In this document: piece by piece, positions 12,682-25,999 of the stretch
How positions within the stretch are numbered: the stretch's first letter is position 1
Layout: every line of letters begins with the position of its first letter
Assembly (NCBI GenBank): GCA_003693705.1
Contig: RBZT01000278.1
Coordinates: 1-64,000, forward strand
Length of the DNA: 64,000 nucleotides
From: Polymyxa betae A26-41
Taxonomy: Eukaryota > Protista > Endomyxa: Phytomyxea
Reading direction: 5' to 3'
Position numbers and translations under genes: made by a program
Notes under the pieces: generated by a model
The model's input: only the letters and a program-made list of their open reading frames with translations
Told to the model about the DNA's origin: nothing
Database searches by the model: none

Positions 12682-13123
12682 TCACCATTCCATCAAAGGG
12701 GTAACCTCGTCTCTATGGGTAACATCATACGCATACACACAGCCATTACGCTGAACATTACGAATAGGTACGAGATGACACGACTCAAACTCCCTACGAG
12801 CTATTCTCTGCACGATTTCAGTGGGTGCATCGTCATCGACCTGAAAACACGTCACATTCTTTCTGGCTATCACCGGAATACGACCACTTATACGCATGAT
12901 ATCCCAATTCTGACCTTGATACATATGGACGACAGGTCAGCAGCATCTCAACAATAACATAATGAATAAATCGCATCGTAAAATTCTTGAACTACTGTAA
13001 TATAGTCTGCACAGGTGGCATATCACTATCAGCAATGGATTACAGTACACTGATAATTACTACAGTATCTATGGTTTCGGAATATTTCGCATCGAGAAGT
13101 TCGTAAACTAGCAAATGACCCAT
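12682..13123 (-). CDS. Small orphan protein (~115 aa), unknown function
   Basis: An 80-codon terminal exon (..QNWDIMRISGRIPV..DEVTPLMEW*) is joined by a 44-nt GT..GCTGAC..AG intron to an upstream exon YITVVQEFYDAIYSL. The 5' end is uncertain. Confidence 0.35.
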
Positions 13124-13448
13124 ATAATTACTGTTTGTACTTTGAAAGCGCCGGTTTAAAAAATATACCCATTGATACAGTAACCAAAGGGTAGGATAGC
13201 CAATTTGCCAATTTTTAACTAATAATTCAAGAAAAGTGAACTTTTGTAAAAATGCGTTTCTGTTGGCACCGATGGTGTTAAATATTCAATACATAAATAT
13301 GTTGACTAAAGGCCTGGCAGAACCCATTTCCATATATGATGAACTATTAAATAGAGTAACGTGAATATCCAAGTCATATGTTTATATATATAGAGGCAGT
13401 TCCAGTTTCACACTTACATCAATCAGGATATCTTCATTGACCTTCATT

Positions 13449-15589
13449 ATGACAAGGACATTACGTCAATATCGACAAAGGACCCATCCGATGTCGCCTC
13501 CAAGCATACCTGAAAAACCACCCGCACATACAAAATCGCCTCGTCTGCTATCAGCTTTCGTCATTTTAATTGCAGCAACATCTTTCAAAATCCTATTAAT
13601 CCATTCATAGTATGCTGTTATGTTGCAGAGTAAATATATTCTGATTTGGTTTAGTCGAAGCACTGATTTCGAAGTTCATCGTAACTGGCTTGCAGTTACC
13701 CATTCATTGCCTTTGACGCAATGGTACAAAGAGGTCGCTATAGCTATTCTATAAACATTTAAAACACTGAATAGAATATAGAAAACAAGCGAATGGACTT
13801 TGGACTACCCTCCTTTCTTTGCTTGGTTTGAGAAACTATTAGCTGTGTTTGCATCATACTTTGACCCTGGCATGCTTATTGTCTCCAACCTCAATTACGC
13901 GTCCGATACCACTGTTCGCTTTCAAAGACTATCAGTGATTATTACCGAATTCATTCTCATTAAGGCTGTCATGATGTATGTAATTCCGTTTTGATTTCAG
14001 TTCATGAAGTTCTGAATACTGTTAGGTTTATTGCGAAAGAGAAGCGTGCCAATAAGGAGTGGACTGCAGATCAGTTTGCCATCTTTGCCCTTACTGTATC
14101 AAATGCTGGGTTGATTATTGTAGATCGTAATACTCTATTACAGATTATTAATCATAATCATCTCAGCGTTTTGCAGATATTCATTTTCAATATAACGGAT
14201 TTCTACTTGGTATTCTGGTGTTATCGATGTATTTCATCGCAACTGTAGACGGTTATGAGGACGTTTGATGTGACTCACTCGCTGATTATCAAGCTTAGGG
14301 CAAAGATCTTGTTGGCGGTATCGTATATGCTATTTTAATCAACTTTAAGCACATCTGTATATTACTGTCCTTTGCTTAGCTGTCGGTTTACTGGTTCTTT
14401 GCCTTAGATGCCTATGCTGCACCCTTGTATTTCGTCTATCTGTTAAGGCACTATTGCTTTGTGAAGTTGCCGAACTCAGACTCCAGAAGATTTATGCTGA
14501 AAAATTTTGCTGTTCTTGGCTGTGCAGTTACGACGGTCAGACTCAATTAATTAATTCAAACTTTCTAATGTTCAACATGATAGGTTTTCTTGGTGTCACT
14601 TGGCCCTTTCATATGGCATGGTCAGCTCTTTATAGTGTTAGCTCGACTGTTTCCAGTAAAGCGAGGTCTTACACATGCTTATTGGGCACCAAATTTCTGG
14701 GCTATGTATAATGCATTAGATCGAGTGCTTATTGGTATCAGAGATGTCAGATGTTGCAAACTTTGCTTGACTTCTTACAGTTGTACTTGGTCGCAGAGGA
14801 GCCAACAATAAGTCGCTAACAAGAGGAGCGATCGGTGACGTCGAGCATGTAATCCTGGGGCACGTTACCCCTTCCATTGCTCTAATAGTATCGCTTCTAG
14901 CCATGGCTCCAGTTCTAATTTCAGGTTTGGCGATCGGTCCTTTAATAGATCTATAGTAATGCTCATGAAGTTTGGCGTCGGCCTTATAAGGACGTTTTCG
15001 CTTCAGCGCTTTGCTACGTCATGATGACTTCATTTATGTTTGGTTGGCATGTCCATGAGAAGGCCATATTAATGGTTACAATTCCGCTCTGGTTGGTATC
15101 TCCCAAAAAATCTGACTCCTCGAACTCACGTGATCGGCAGTTTGATCGCCAGACGCTCGCCTATACATACCGAGACTTTCCTTTTCATGAATCTCATTGC
15201 CAATTACTCTCTGATTCCATTATTGTTCCGTGCAGAAGAAGCATATATACGTATTTGTTTAGTATTTGCTCACTCAGCGTTCAGTTATATACTATTAGGA
15301 AGTGCATTGCAATGGTCTGTATTTAGTTGGAGATGCTTAATTACTTTATACTGATTGTGTTTGTAGGAACAAATACGCATGGAAGCATGTTTTTTACCTG
15401 GTCTACGTATTTGGGCTTCTTGCGATTCAAAGTTTGATGTTTTTACAACCAATATTTTCATTGAAGATGGAGTTCTTACCTCTTCTGTTGACTTCAGTTT
15501 ATTGCAGTGCCGGAATGATCATCTGCATGGTTAAGCTCCTTCAGATTCACTATATAGACTCGCTGAATACTAGTAATAAAATCGACTAA
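13449..15589 (+). CDS. ALG8: Dolichyl-PP-Glc1Man9GlcNAc2 alpha-1,3-glucosyltransferase
   Basis: [98 protein letters not shown]; many introns. Alternative start at 13491. Confidence 0.95.
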
Positions 15590-15616
15590 TCCATGCATTT
15601 AATGAGTATTTCCTAT

Positions 15617-18600
15617 TCAAACAATCCTTTTCCTTTGTTTGTTGGTGTGATTTTTGAATGAAGGGAAGATCTTTTTTCTCATGTTTTCCAGGTCCTTTCG
15701 TAAATAATCAATCTCTGCGCTCTGAACATGAACGAGATCAATCAGGTTACGCCGTAAACTCAATGCTTTCATTTTTTTTGCGATGTCCTCAGATTCCCCA
15801 TTCGCATCTGTCAAATAATAAGTGAAAATTAGCAGATAGACGCTCGCTTATTACGTCGAGTGCCAATTATTTGACGACGACTTTCAACAGCCTCTTGGAG
15901 GTCTCTTACAACCTTACTGAGGCGTTCATTTTCAGTTTGTTGCGAGTGAATCTTATTCTTTAGTTTATGGAAAGTTCGTTTGGATTCCGTGATCTTCTTC
16001 ATATGGATCTAGGAAAAGTCATAATCGGTAATAGACAACACGAATATATTACATTATTAAGAAATGCTGTCTTTTGCTGTAATTGTTCGATTTCATTCGC
16101 ATGTCTGGTCTCGTGACCACCAACTTTGATTAGTTCTTGCAAAGCTTTAGTGACTCGTAGTGTTTGGAACTCAGCCGTCTGTGCCTGATATTCCTGCAAA
16201 GTCAGATCGTAGCTCTTTTTAGACCAAATCAGCATATTAATTCCTTTTCGAAACTCGGTGATTTCTCTCAATGTCGCAACCTTGTCTTTGCCTAATTCGA
16301 TGACTTTTTCGTTAAACTTCTCAACAATGGTTCGATCAATCAGCTGGCAATCTTTAAGATCGGTAATTAAAGGACTCTCATCGATTTCAACTTGACCCTG
16401 TTTAGCCTTGACCATGACTATTGTGTTTAGCGAAGCGAGCGCTTGATCCTGATATGATTTTTCTTTTTTATCTGCCAGTTCTTTAATTTGAGTTTGAGTT
16501 TGTACTTGTTGAGATTCAAACCAATCAATACGCTGTTCCATTGCCTCAATGTCTTGAACAAGTGCTCTCATCGTTTGTTCTTGTGAGAAACGCAATGCTC
16601 GTTTTTCTACAAACCGATCCCACACAGCTACAGATAGTTCAGCTGGTTTCCAGGATTGAATTTCATTGTCAACAGCAACACCATCAGAGCGAAGGCGATC
16701 ATCGCGCCCAGCGAACGGATCCAAACCAGTAGCATCTGATGCATTACTCGGATTATGAGAAGCATTGGGAACGGCACCCAGAGTCTTCTTGTTTCGAAAC
16801 CATTTAAACAGTGTCTCTACTAGGATCCCAGCATCTGCAAAGTCTTTTCTGAAATATTTCTCTGCTTGTCGCAAATCGGAATGGATCTGTTCGTGCTGTT
16901 TTTGGAGCGAATCTAAATTGCGACGCAAAGTCGCAATGGAATTGGCCACATCTTGCTTCTTGTTCTGTAAATCTTCCATCAGCTTATCATATAGACATAG
17001 CTGATTCCTCTTATTCTCAATAACAACTAGTTCATTCTGTAGCTGAATCATGCATAGTTCCAACAGTAGTATACGACCTTGAATCTTCATCCTTTTGGTT
17101 TTAATCTTTTCAATACGCTCATCGAAAGTACGAATAATGTCGCTGACATCATTTCGAGATTTTTTTAGCAAAGTTTCCAGTTGCTTTTTCCTTGCTTCAC
17201 GTTCTTGTGCCTTAGCATTGCATCTTTCAATATAGGAGGATGCTATTTGTTTCTCCTCTTCAGTCCATGATGACTCTGGAATGCTATCCATAAATTTGGG
17301 CTTCTCAATATCAGCAGAAAGACATGATAGTCCTCGCTGAGATTCTACTGTTCCATTCATCATTTCTTTAAGTGCTCTTTCTGTCACATTATCTGCTTTT
17401 CTTATAGCATCAGCTTTTGCGATTTCTTCGTCCTCTTTTCGTTTTCTCTCCATCTCACTTTTGCTCAAAACTAAAGGTACCATAATCTCGGAATCCTGCA
17501 CTTCCAATACAACACTGGCATGTGGCTGATCTCTAATTGCGGTAATCGAACTGGGATCAAAGATTATCCCCAGTTCAGCTGACACATCGAGAATTGTCTT
17601 TCGTAATTCTTCTATCTTCTCCACTTCTCCTTGACGAATATTGTAGAGAGCTTGGATCTCAGAGTTGAAGTCACGACGTAATTTCTCGATTTCTATCTCA
17701 ATCAAGATGGTTTGCATAATCTTCTTCTGTTCGCTCCATAATGTAATTGGATGAAATTCATTACGCTCCATAAAGCTTGCAGGCATAGCCGCTGAATTTG
17801 TTGTCGCTGAATTTAAATCGGAAACTTTTACTGCGTTCAATGATTTAAGTGATTTTTCGTTCGACTCTGTTCCCGTTAATGTCGACACCTGTCTATCAGC
17901 TAACTCTGGATCGATAACACCACATTCGAATATATAACGCGACGGCAGAAGAAGACGATCAGGTCGAAAACCACCGGTTGGATCGAGTTCATCAGAGAGA
18001 AAATGTCTTTCTAGCATCTGCATCTGTCTTAAATAGAGAACTCGATCTCTTAACAGAATGGTGTGTTGCGATCGCTGAATGATGGGAAAATTATTGACGT
18101 AGACAGGAGCTTGTAATCCAGAAACTGACATTTCTTTAATCTCCATCAAATCCCAAGTAGAGTGCTTTACTCGCTCACAAAGCATCTCATATCGTAATTT
18201 ATCGTGTTCGATCTCACGCTGAACGCTTTGTAATCGCGAAGCCCCTTTACAAAGCTCGTCAGCTTCTAACTTCTTGTCAATAACCAATTCGTCGATTTCC
18301 AGCTTCTCTAATACAGAACAGGAATCGTTTTTCGATATCAAATCAGCGAATGTGTTTTTTAACGCCGTTAGTTTAGATTTGATGCTGTCCATTACAGCCA
18401 CATCTATTCTTTTATCCGATATTCCAAGTTCTTCAGATTGGTCTTTACCAGAATCAGTGACTTTCATCTCTTCCGGGTTTGATGAAATCGTGGTCAGGTT
18501 GTTCAAGAAGTCCTCATTAATTAGAGAAATATGCATTTCTGGAGTATCTCTGTTCACAACGCTGCTCAATGATTTGATTGAATCGGTGATGTGGAAACAG

Positions 18601-20886
18601 AAGACAGCACCATCAGCACCAGCGCTCAGCAATGTTGAGGATGCAGAACAAAGAGACACTGATAAAGCACCTCCATAATCTGAGTTATGAGCAGGTATAG
18701 TGATAGTTCGAGAATAATTATGTCCATATCGTAATATGATATAGCCATCTGTGCCACAAGTAGCAATGAAGTTATCTTCTTCTGATACTGCAATATTGTG
18801 ATCAGAACCGGTATGTGAGACCAACTCATGGCTTGACAATGTTTCGGCTTCTTCTATCATCGCTTTAGATGAACTATATATGAAACGCTTGAATGAGCGA
18901 TCCAGACAGACAGCATAAAGACTCGATGACGATGTTAATGGCCACATCAAAGACGATAACGATAATCCAACGAACTGGGATTTGGTTGTAATGATACGTC
19001 CATTCAGAACAAGCTGTTCGTTGCCGAGAGGGACATTCGGTAATGAGAACAGCTCATCTGGCAGAGTAACCAACAGAACTTCCCCGTGACTGTTGCTGAC
19101 CAAAAGTTGGTTCTTGTTCGAGCTCCAAGTACTGGAAAATATTGGACCAGAAATCGATGCAATAGCAATCAATTCTAGTGTAAAACTGATAAAAAAGGCA
19201 GCTCCATTATCAGTTAGAACTGAAGTCATGCTGTTGTTAATATTGGATCGAATTGACTTGATCGAATCACGAATATCCAGTTTGTGTGATCGAATCAACC
19301 TTGGCTGACGAACAAGCCGGATATCAAATATAGATACACAGCCATTGTCATGACCGATAAAAAGCAAGCGATAATCATACGTCACATGCAGAGCAGAAAT
19401 ATACTTACGAACCGATAACGATGAGATCTGATGTTGCTGATGCAAATCCCATATTTGTATAATCCCATCTCTGCTCCAGATTAACGCTTGTTCGCCCGAG
19501 TTAAGTAGTATAGATTGGCATTGGTACTGCTCATGATAAGAAACCCGATTCCAACGCCTAACCTGCAGGAGCATTTACTTCATTAATACATTGACAGACT
19601 CGCGAAACAAACCAAGCATAATCTGGTTAAATGACGATCGGAACTTCCAGGTTCTTCCAGAAAGTCATGGTTGAAAGGCGCTGAGAAGAGACGTCCTGAG
19701 TTGTCCATTACCGCTACAAACTGGTAGGAATCGAAAAACGAAATAGAAGAAATTGGAACAGCAATAGAGCGGCTATTTGTAAAGGAAATAAGACCAGTGC
19801 AGATTAGTGTCATAATAAAATACCTATCTGTTATTGGAAGATCCAAAGAAGCTATAGGTTTATATTCTTGTCCAATCTCTAAAACAGCAATGGACCCCAG
19901 CATTCCCAATAGTAAATGATTTCTAGTGAAAGCCATAGCAGTGATCGCTGATTCATCTTGAGCACGATATAATAATTCAGGACCTGTCCCAGATGAATTG
20001 CTGGATGTTGCAAAGACTCGCCCAGCGGATGTTGCAAATATGACCCGATGTGCTGCATCCCAGATCTGACATGTAATATTCTCTTCGGGTTCGGGTCGTG
20101 GCAACCTCCAGGCCCTATAAACTCACTGAACTGCTGTTCATAATATAAAATTGATAGGAACCTAGACTGGAGCCCATACTCTCCATAGTTCTTAGACAGC
20201 TGCCAGATGGTGATGGATTGGTTGGTGGACGTCACAAAGAGTGAATGGTCTATTGGATCGAACCTGATAGAATATGATCATGATAAGACTATAATATGTA
20301 ATAGAGAGAGAGATAACGCTACATGCAAGTTGTGATATATTCATGTTGATCTCTATCTAGATTATAGTATGTCATCTGTCTCTGTGTTGTTATATCCCAT
20401 ACTATCAATCTATGTTCTGGTATATCACTGATAGATATACATCGACCTCCATATTCTGATAGACACACAATCCGCTGCCGATCCAGGCCGCCTTCTGATG
20501 TCAGACTACCGACCAACGTGTTATCAGGGAACTTGAATACATTGATAACAGGCTCATGTCCATGACTAGCTACTGCTATTAGGCTTGCTAGAGGCTCGCT
20601 TAGTTGAATGGAATACATCGGCGGCGATGTGGGTTTACAAACCATGTCGAGACGTTGATATCGCATCAAGGCTTTGTCCTTCATCTACATATATCGGCTC
20701 GGATGGCTCGCTACCTTCCAGACATTCGAAAAAGACAGCATTTCCGCTTTTATAGGCGAAGCTGTGATTGGATACAAATTTAAGATCGGTAGAATCAAGG
20801 CAGAACGAGAAGCTAAAGATTTGCTGTTAAAAGATATGGAGTAAGGTGATGGTATCTAACCTGATTGGTAAGCTTCTAGAAGCCAT
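15617..20886 (-). CDS. CFAP43: Cilia- and flagella-associated protein 43 (WD40 repeats plus long coiled coil)
   Basis: Spliced N-terminus MASRSLPISFSFCLDSTDLKFVSNHSFAYKSGNAVFF; WD repeats; ERALKEMMNGTVE, VKAKQGQVEID; C-terminal RRNLIDLVHVQSAEIDYLRKDLENMRKKIFPSF typical of CFAP43/WDR96. Confidence 0.88.
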
Positions 20887-21018
20887 ACCCTATGCCTTAT
20901 ATCCACTAATCAGCTGTTTAAAGGATAATGGAAATATGTTAAAGTAAGACAGGTCACAGAATCATGACGGGATAATAAATAGCTTGTTGAATGGGAAATG
21001 GTTATATTGATCATTTGT

Positions 21019-21429
21019 TTACCAGGCAGTGCCGGCAGCAACACCGGTTGGAACAGCAGCGCTTGTGTCGAATCCAGATTCCACAGCCTTCTTCTCTTCA
21101 TCCTTACGTTCAGCACGGACGAACTGTTTACGTTCAGGCGGGTTACGGTTCTTGCGACCAAGAACAGATCGAACACGAACAACATGAGAATGAATAGCGC
21201 ATGATACACAGTATTGCATCTTGAGGTATAACTTGGGAATCGTGTATTGCTTGTAGACACTGGCATCACGAATATCACGTTGAGCAGCAGCATCAACCAT
21301 ATTGCGAACCAAGAACCGGCTCACAGCTTTGTCTTTAGGGACAGCACGATGACAGTTGGAGCAACGAATAGCCTTAACATGACCACGGTTGCAGCGGTTC
21401 TTACCACCATTACGACGTTTCTTAGTCAT
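21019..21429 (-). CDS. RPS26: 40S ribosomal protein S26 (eS26), intronless CDS
   Basis: [69 protein letters not shown]. Confidence 0.98.
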   Translation of the reverse strand: MTKKRRNGGKNRCNRGHVKAIRCSNCHRAVPKDKAVSRFLVRNMVDAAAQRDIRDASVYKQYTIPKLYLKMQYCVSCAIHSHVVRVRSVLGRKNRNPPERKQFVRAERKDEEKKAVESGFDTSAAVPTGVAAGTAW

Positions 21430-22589
21430 GATTACAGATGCAGGATGGGTAAGAACACGATCACGACTGTAAAGATAAAGCGAACGAGTCCGTCACGGAC
21501 TTCCATCCATTCTACTCATTTAATATTTATATGATCTGACCCCTAACAATACAACTAATTTTCATAATATTTCCCAAACAAATATTCCATTTGCATTTTC
21601 GATCATGACATATTACTGGCATATCATATCTTATCGTAACTCCAATAACAGGCTCGTAGAATAGGGTTCTCATCATTTTGATCTTCAATTGTGTTGCCGA
21701 CCTGTGCCCGGTACTGCCGGCTTCATAACATTACCAACGAATAGGTTTCACAAGTTATCCCAAATTGACGAGTTCTTAAGAATTCTGACCTCCAGACTAT
21801 CTAATGAATTATGGAGTGAATGTTACTGGACATGAAGAAGAGTACTGTTCTTTTTCTAAAGGATTGAAACCGTCAATTCTCTCAATATGCCGAAACTTTC
21901 CACATCGAAGCACAAAAAGATCATTCGATAATGAGCAACTGTAGTTAATGTATGTATTATTTATATATATATATGATCATTTCAGGACTTAAATCACAAT
22001 TCGTGTTGAATTATAACACATATTATATACTTGGATATACAAGAAACAGAGCAAACACAAATGTTTTTGGGACCTGACTAACACTGGACTCATGTTCGAC
22101 AATAGGCGGGTAGTGTCAGATTGAAATGTTTTCAGTGACGAGGAGGCAGAAAGACGCTGTATGACGTTAAACTCGAAGATGATCGCGAGACATAATCTTT
22201 ACTTGAATTCTCTATTACATATTGTACTAACATTATATTAATAATAGATATAGTTCCAAGTATTCGGGTTTACAAACGTTCTGGGAACGAGTCCGCTGTT
22301 ACCAAGCATGTGGCGCTTGAACTACACGTTTACGACCTCTCGTTGCAAACGGTTCTTTCGATAGCTGACAATGGGGACGATTCAGCAGCGAAATGGAGCT
22401 GTTCGTTAACCTCATCTAAAGATCGTCATTGATATAATATGATTTCCATGATATTGATGGAGAATATGAGAAGAATTTATACTAAAACGACTTTGACAAT
22501 AACCATCCAAGACGGTTTTGCTTTCTTTTGAGATGCAGAATCAGTTCTTGCATGTAGGAAATTTCGCAAAATAAGAATTTGATTAAAGC

Positions 22590-22615
22590 TAGGGTAGGGT
22601 TAGGGTTAGGGTTTT
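22590..22615 (+). repeat. Interstitial telomere-like tract (TAGGG TAGGG TTAGGG TTAGGG TTTT); telo-box/G-quadruplex-like
   Basis: Four GGG tracts about 80 bp upstream of the WDR89 ATG. Confidence 0.75.
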
Positions 22616-22695
22616 GCAATGCCGCTGCGGACTTCATGTGACCCCCCCCATCATGATTTTCATCAAGTTCGAGAATGTTTTACATTAACAATGAT

Positions 22696-23911
22696 ATGAG
22701 TGATAGTGATTATGATGATCCAGATCCCAGATTTATATCTATTAAGGCGAGATCTTTACCAACATTACCTAAACGTGCATCTGTCACTATCTGTCCTGAT
22801 CGACCTCAATGTGTTCTATCATTAATCAGCTGTAATCATGATGCCAATCTGGCAGCTTTAACATCCGAATTCTCTGTTAGATTATATGATCCAAATAATC
22901 TACATGAGATTGGTATCTTAAGTAACCATACAGATGTTGTTAGAGCATTACGTTCTGTACCTGATACATCTCTATTATTTACTGCATCAGAAGATGGTAT
23001 GTTTATTACAACATCTCTTTATAGATCTCATTATCATGATATCAGGCAGCTGGAAATTAGTCGATTTACGTACTGGATCTGTACAGATATCTGTACATAC
23101 TCAATATCCATTATTATCATTTGATTGTAATGGTATATTAGCTGCTGCTGGTATTGATATTCATGGTGATACAGCTATATGGGATATCAGGTTAATAATC
23201 ATATTATATATTTATATAATCATCTTCTTTCACATTCTTGTTAAATCACATCAAATCTGATTTATTCATTTTCATGTTGCTCAGGAATAGCTCTTCTCAG
23301 CTTGGCACTTTGAATGAATTCCACACAGATGAAGTTCGTGATGTTCGATTTCATTCAGTTTATAGATCAGTTCTATTTACTGGATCAATTGACTGTCTTA
23401 TCAACAAATTTGATCTAAATGCATCCTCTCTTGATGATGCTCTAATATCAGGTACGTAATATTTGCAGGACGTACTGGCTCACCAACTTATCTACATATT
23501 GCAGTTTTCAATACGAATCAATCGGTGCGATCATTTAATTTCTTTGGTGGAAGCAGTGAATATCTGTATTCAATATCTGAGATCGAGACTATGACATTAT
23601 GTAATTTATCAACTGATGAATTAATATGTTCAGTAGATGATATCTGTTCAACAATATCAACTGATCTTAGTGTTCGTTATCTCATTGATTGCTATTATGA
23701 TATACAACATCAATGTCTATCTGTATTTGCTGGCAATTATTATGGTGATATTATTGGATGTTTAGTATCACCAAACAAACTGGAACCAGCTATGTCATTA
23801 TTTGCAGGTCATAGTTCTGGTGTGAGAGCTATGACATATATTAATAAGGTTCTATTCACAGCTGGTGAAGATTCCAATATCATCTCATGGACATTTGATA
23901 ATATATTATAA
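22696..23911 (+). CDS. WDR89: WD40-repeat protein 89-like
   Basis: HTDVVRALR..LFTASEDG; LNEFHTDEVRDVRFH..LFTGSIDCLINKFDL..DDAL; AGHSSGVRAM..LFTAGEDSNIISW. Confidence 0.75.
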
Positions 23912-23974
23912 TAACTGATTCAGCTGCTATATCTAATATTATATATTATGCAGCATTTGTACAATATTCCATCA

Positions 23975-25828
23975 TTACACCTGCTGGAACATCTCCTCAA
24001 CAACACGCTGTCTGCGCTCATTGAAATTAAAACCGGCCTTGACCGCCATCTGTATTATACGTTGTGCGGTCTCGACCTGGTCCAGTACGGCACATAGACG
24101 TAGGAGTCGGAAAACAGTTCTGGGTAGTGGATTCTGACATGATGTGAATCTTTGAAAGATATTGAGAGCTTGTTCTAATTTGTGATGATTATTGAGAGAT
24201 TGAAGTGCAATAATTGATTTGATAACAACATCTAGATGATGTCGATCTTGAGCATTCTTATGTAAATGTTGATCTGGAGACATTCGTTGTACAATCTTGT
24301 ATAGAGCAGGACGATCTTGAACATGAATATATTGAAGATCATTAGGTAACATCCATCCTAATGCCAGATATGTTTTTATAACAATAGGAGCTGTTGCTTC
24401 ATCTGTACATGCATCATGATATCCAGCTTGTGACATCATCTCGATCTCTGATAGTATACAATCATATTGTTTACGTTCTAGATAATATCGTAATGGACGA
24501 CTGAATAGAAATCTAAAACAAAACTTTCATTCAGAGATGAGAATGCACAGTTTCAAAACCGCTGAGAATATAGAAGATATAGAGTTGGCAGTGGGTATGG
24601 AAATAATTAAATAAACAATATGAAAGATGATGTTGACTAACCTGAGCTCTGGTCTAAATTGATTACAGTATTGTTGTCTCCATAATAGAAGTGTGTTAAT
24701 ATCAGATTTGGATGGATTTAGACAATGATTACATATACGATGCCATATAGCACATGATATCTCAATACAATTGATCTTCATATTATTCAATACAGATTCA
24801 GTTACATATCTCCATTGTACATGTCGTAATCCAGATTCAATACAGATCAAATAATCGTGAACATCAACCTTTATATGATGTTGTTGATCTAAGATATCAA
24901 GGACAGCATTATGATTTCTAGCATGTGTATAGGCCCACATCAATCTTCGTCTTATTATATGTGTCATAATCTCATTATGTTCATCAATTACAAGATCATG
25001 TGGATGTCCATACCGGCCCATTCCAGCTTGGAAATATGTGATCATTTCAGGTGTTAGGCGACAGTTTCTCAGGGCACATTCCAATGCAGTCCAGGAACGA
25101 AGATCATCGTCCTCAATGGGATCCAACAGGTCGAATAGATGCAGCAAAGCACGACGTGAGAGCCGTCGCCGAGTCGTGCAGGACCATGAGATCCAGGCGC
25201 GGGCTTCAATTCGGTTGTGTACTTTGAGGATGGTGTCCTGTAATGCAGAACGTGGACATTGTTGAAGAGTAGCAATACGATCATATAATTTAGTAGCATC
25301 GTTGATGTGATTATGTGTAATGAGAGCTCGAATATTGATGGCTAATAATGTAGTATTAGGTGTATGTGGATGTATAATACGATCTAGTATATAATATATC
25401 TGTGTAGGTGTAGCAGCATTAGCTATCTGTATAATATCATATGGAAGAAGATCACGTTTATGTCCAACATCTGTCTCAATATATAACAGATTAATTATAT
25501 CTTCTGCTATATCACGCTGTCCATTATCAATTAAATCCTTCAGTATGAGACCAATATATCGAGATGGTATTCGAATACCATAGTGCAACATAGTATGAAA
25601 TTGATTACGAATTTCATAGGTCGGTATCATACCAGCACGATATCGTTGAAATAATACATCTAACCAGAGATGACGGGGTGGTATTCGACCAGATCGTAGA
25701 CTATTCTGAATGTGATCCCATTGCTGATCATGAAGTATATGATGTGAAGATATACATCGATATATAAGAGTATGGCTGAAGATGACAGCACGATAGATGT
25801 TGATCAATGGACGCAACGATCTCAACAT
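23975..25828 (-). CDS. Putative mitochondrion-targeted alpha-helical repeat (PPR-like) protein
   Basis: Basic N-terminus MLRSLRPLINIYRA; degenerate helical repeats (MLHYGIRIPSRYIGLILKDLIDNG; LLRLCAVLDQVETAQRIIQMAVKAG); one intron near 24510-24640. Confidence 0.45.
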
Positions 25829-25999
25829 ATGATAAGATCATAATAACTATATTTGGTGTTATATCACGCATCCATATATAGATATCATACTCATATTGAT
25901 TTATATCATCTCTCAATATCATACAATATCAACAATATCAACTCACGACTTGCAACTTCCATTTCGGCTAAATGTGAAACAATGAATTCATTAGACGTA

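Noticed and set aside
21019-21429. RPS26 as a processed retrocopy because it is intronless
   Set aside because: The ORF is intact and conserved with no poly(A) tract or TSD; a short CDS can lack introns.
21540-22580. Gene or transposon relic in the unusually long intergenic region
   Set aside because: Only short open frames, with no recognisable motif, TIR or TSD.
22590-22615. True chromosome end
   Set aside because: Only four units, flanked by intact genes on both sides.
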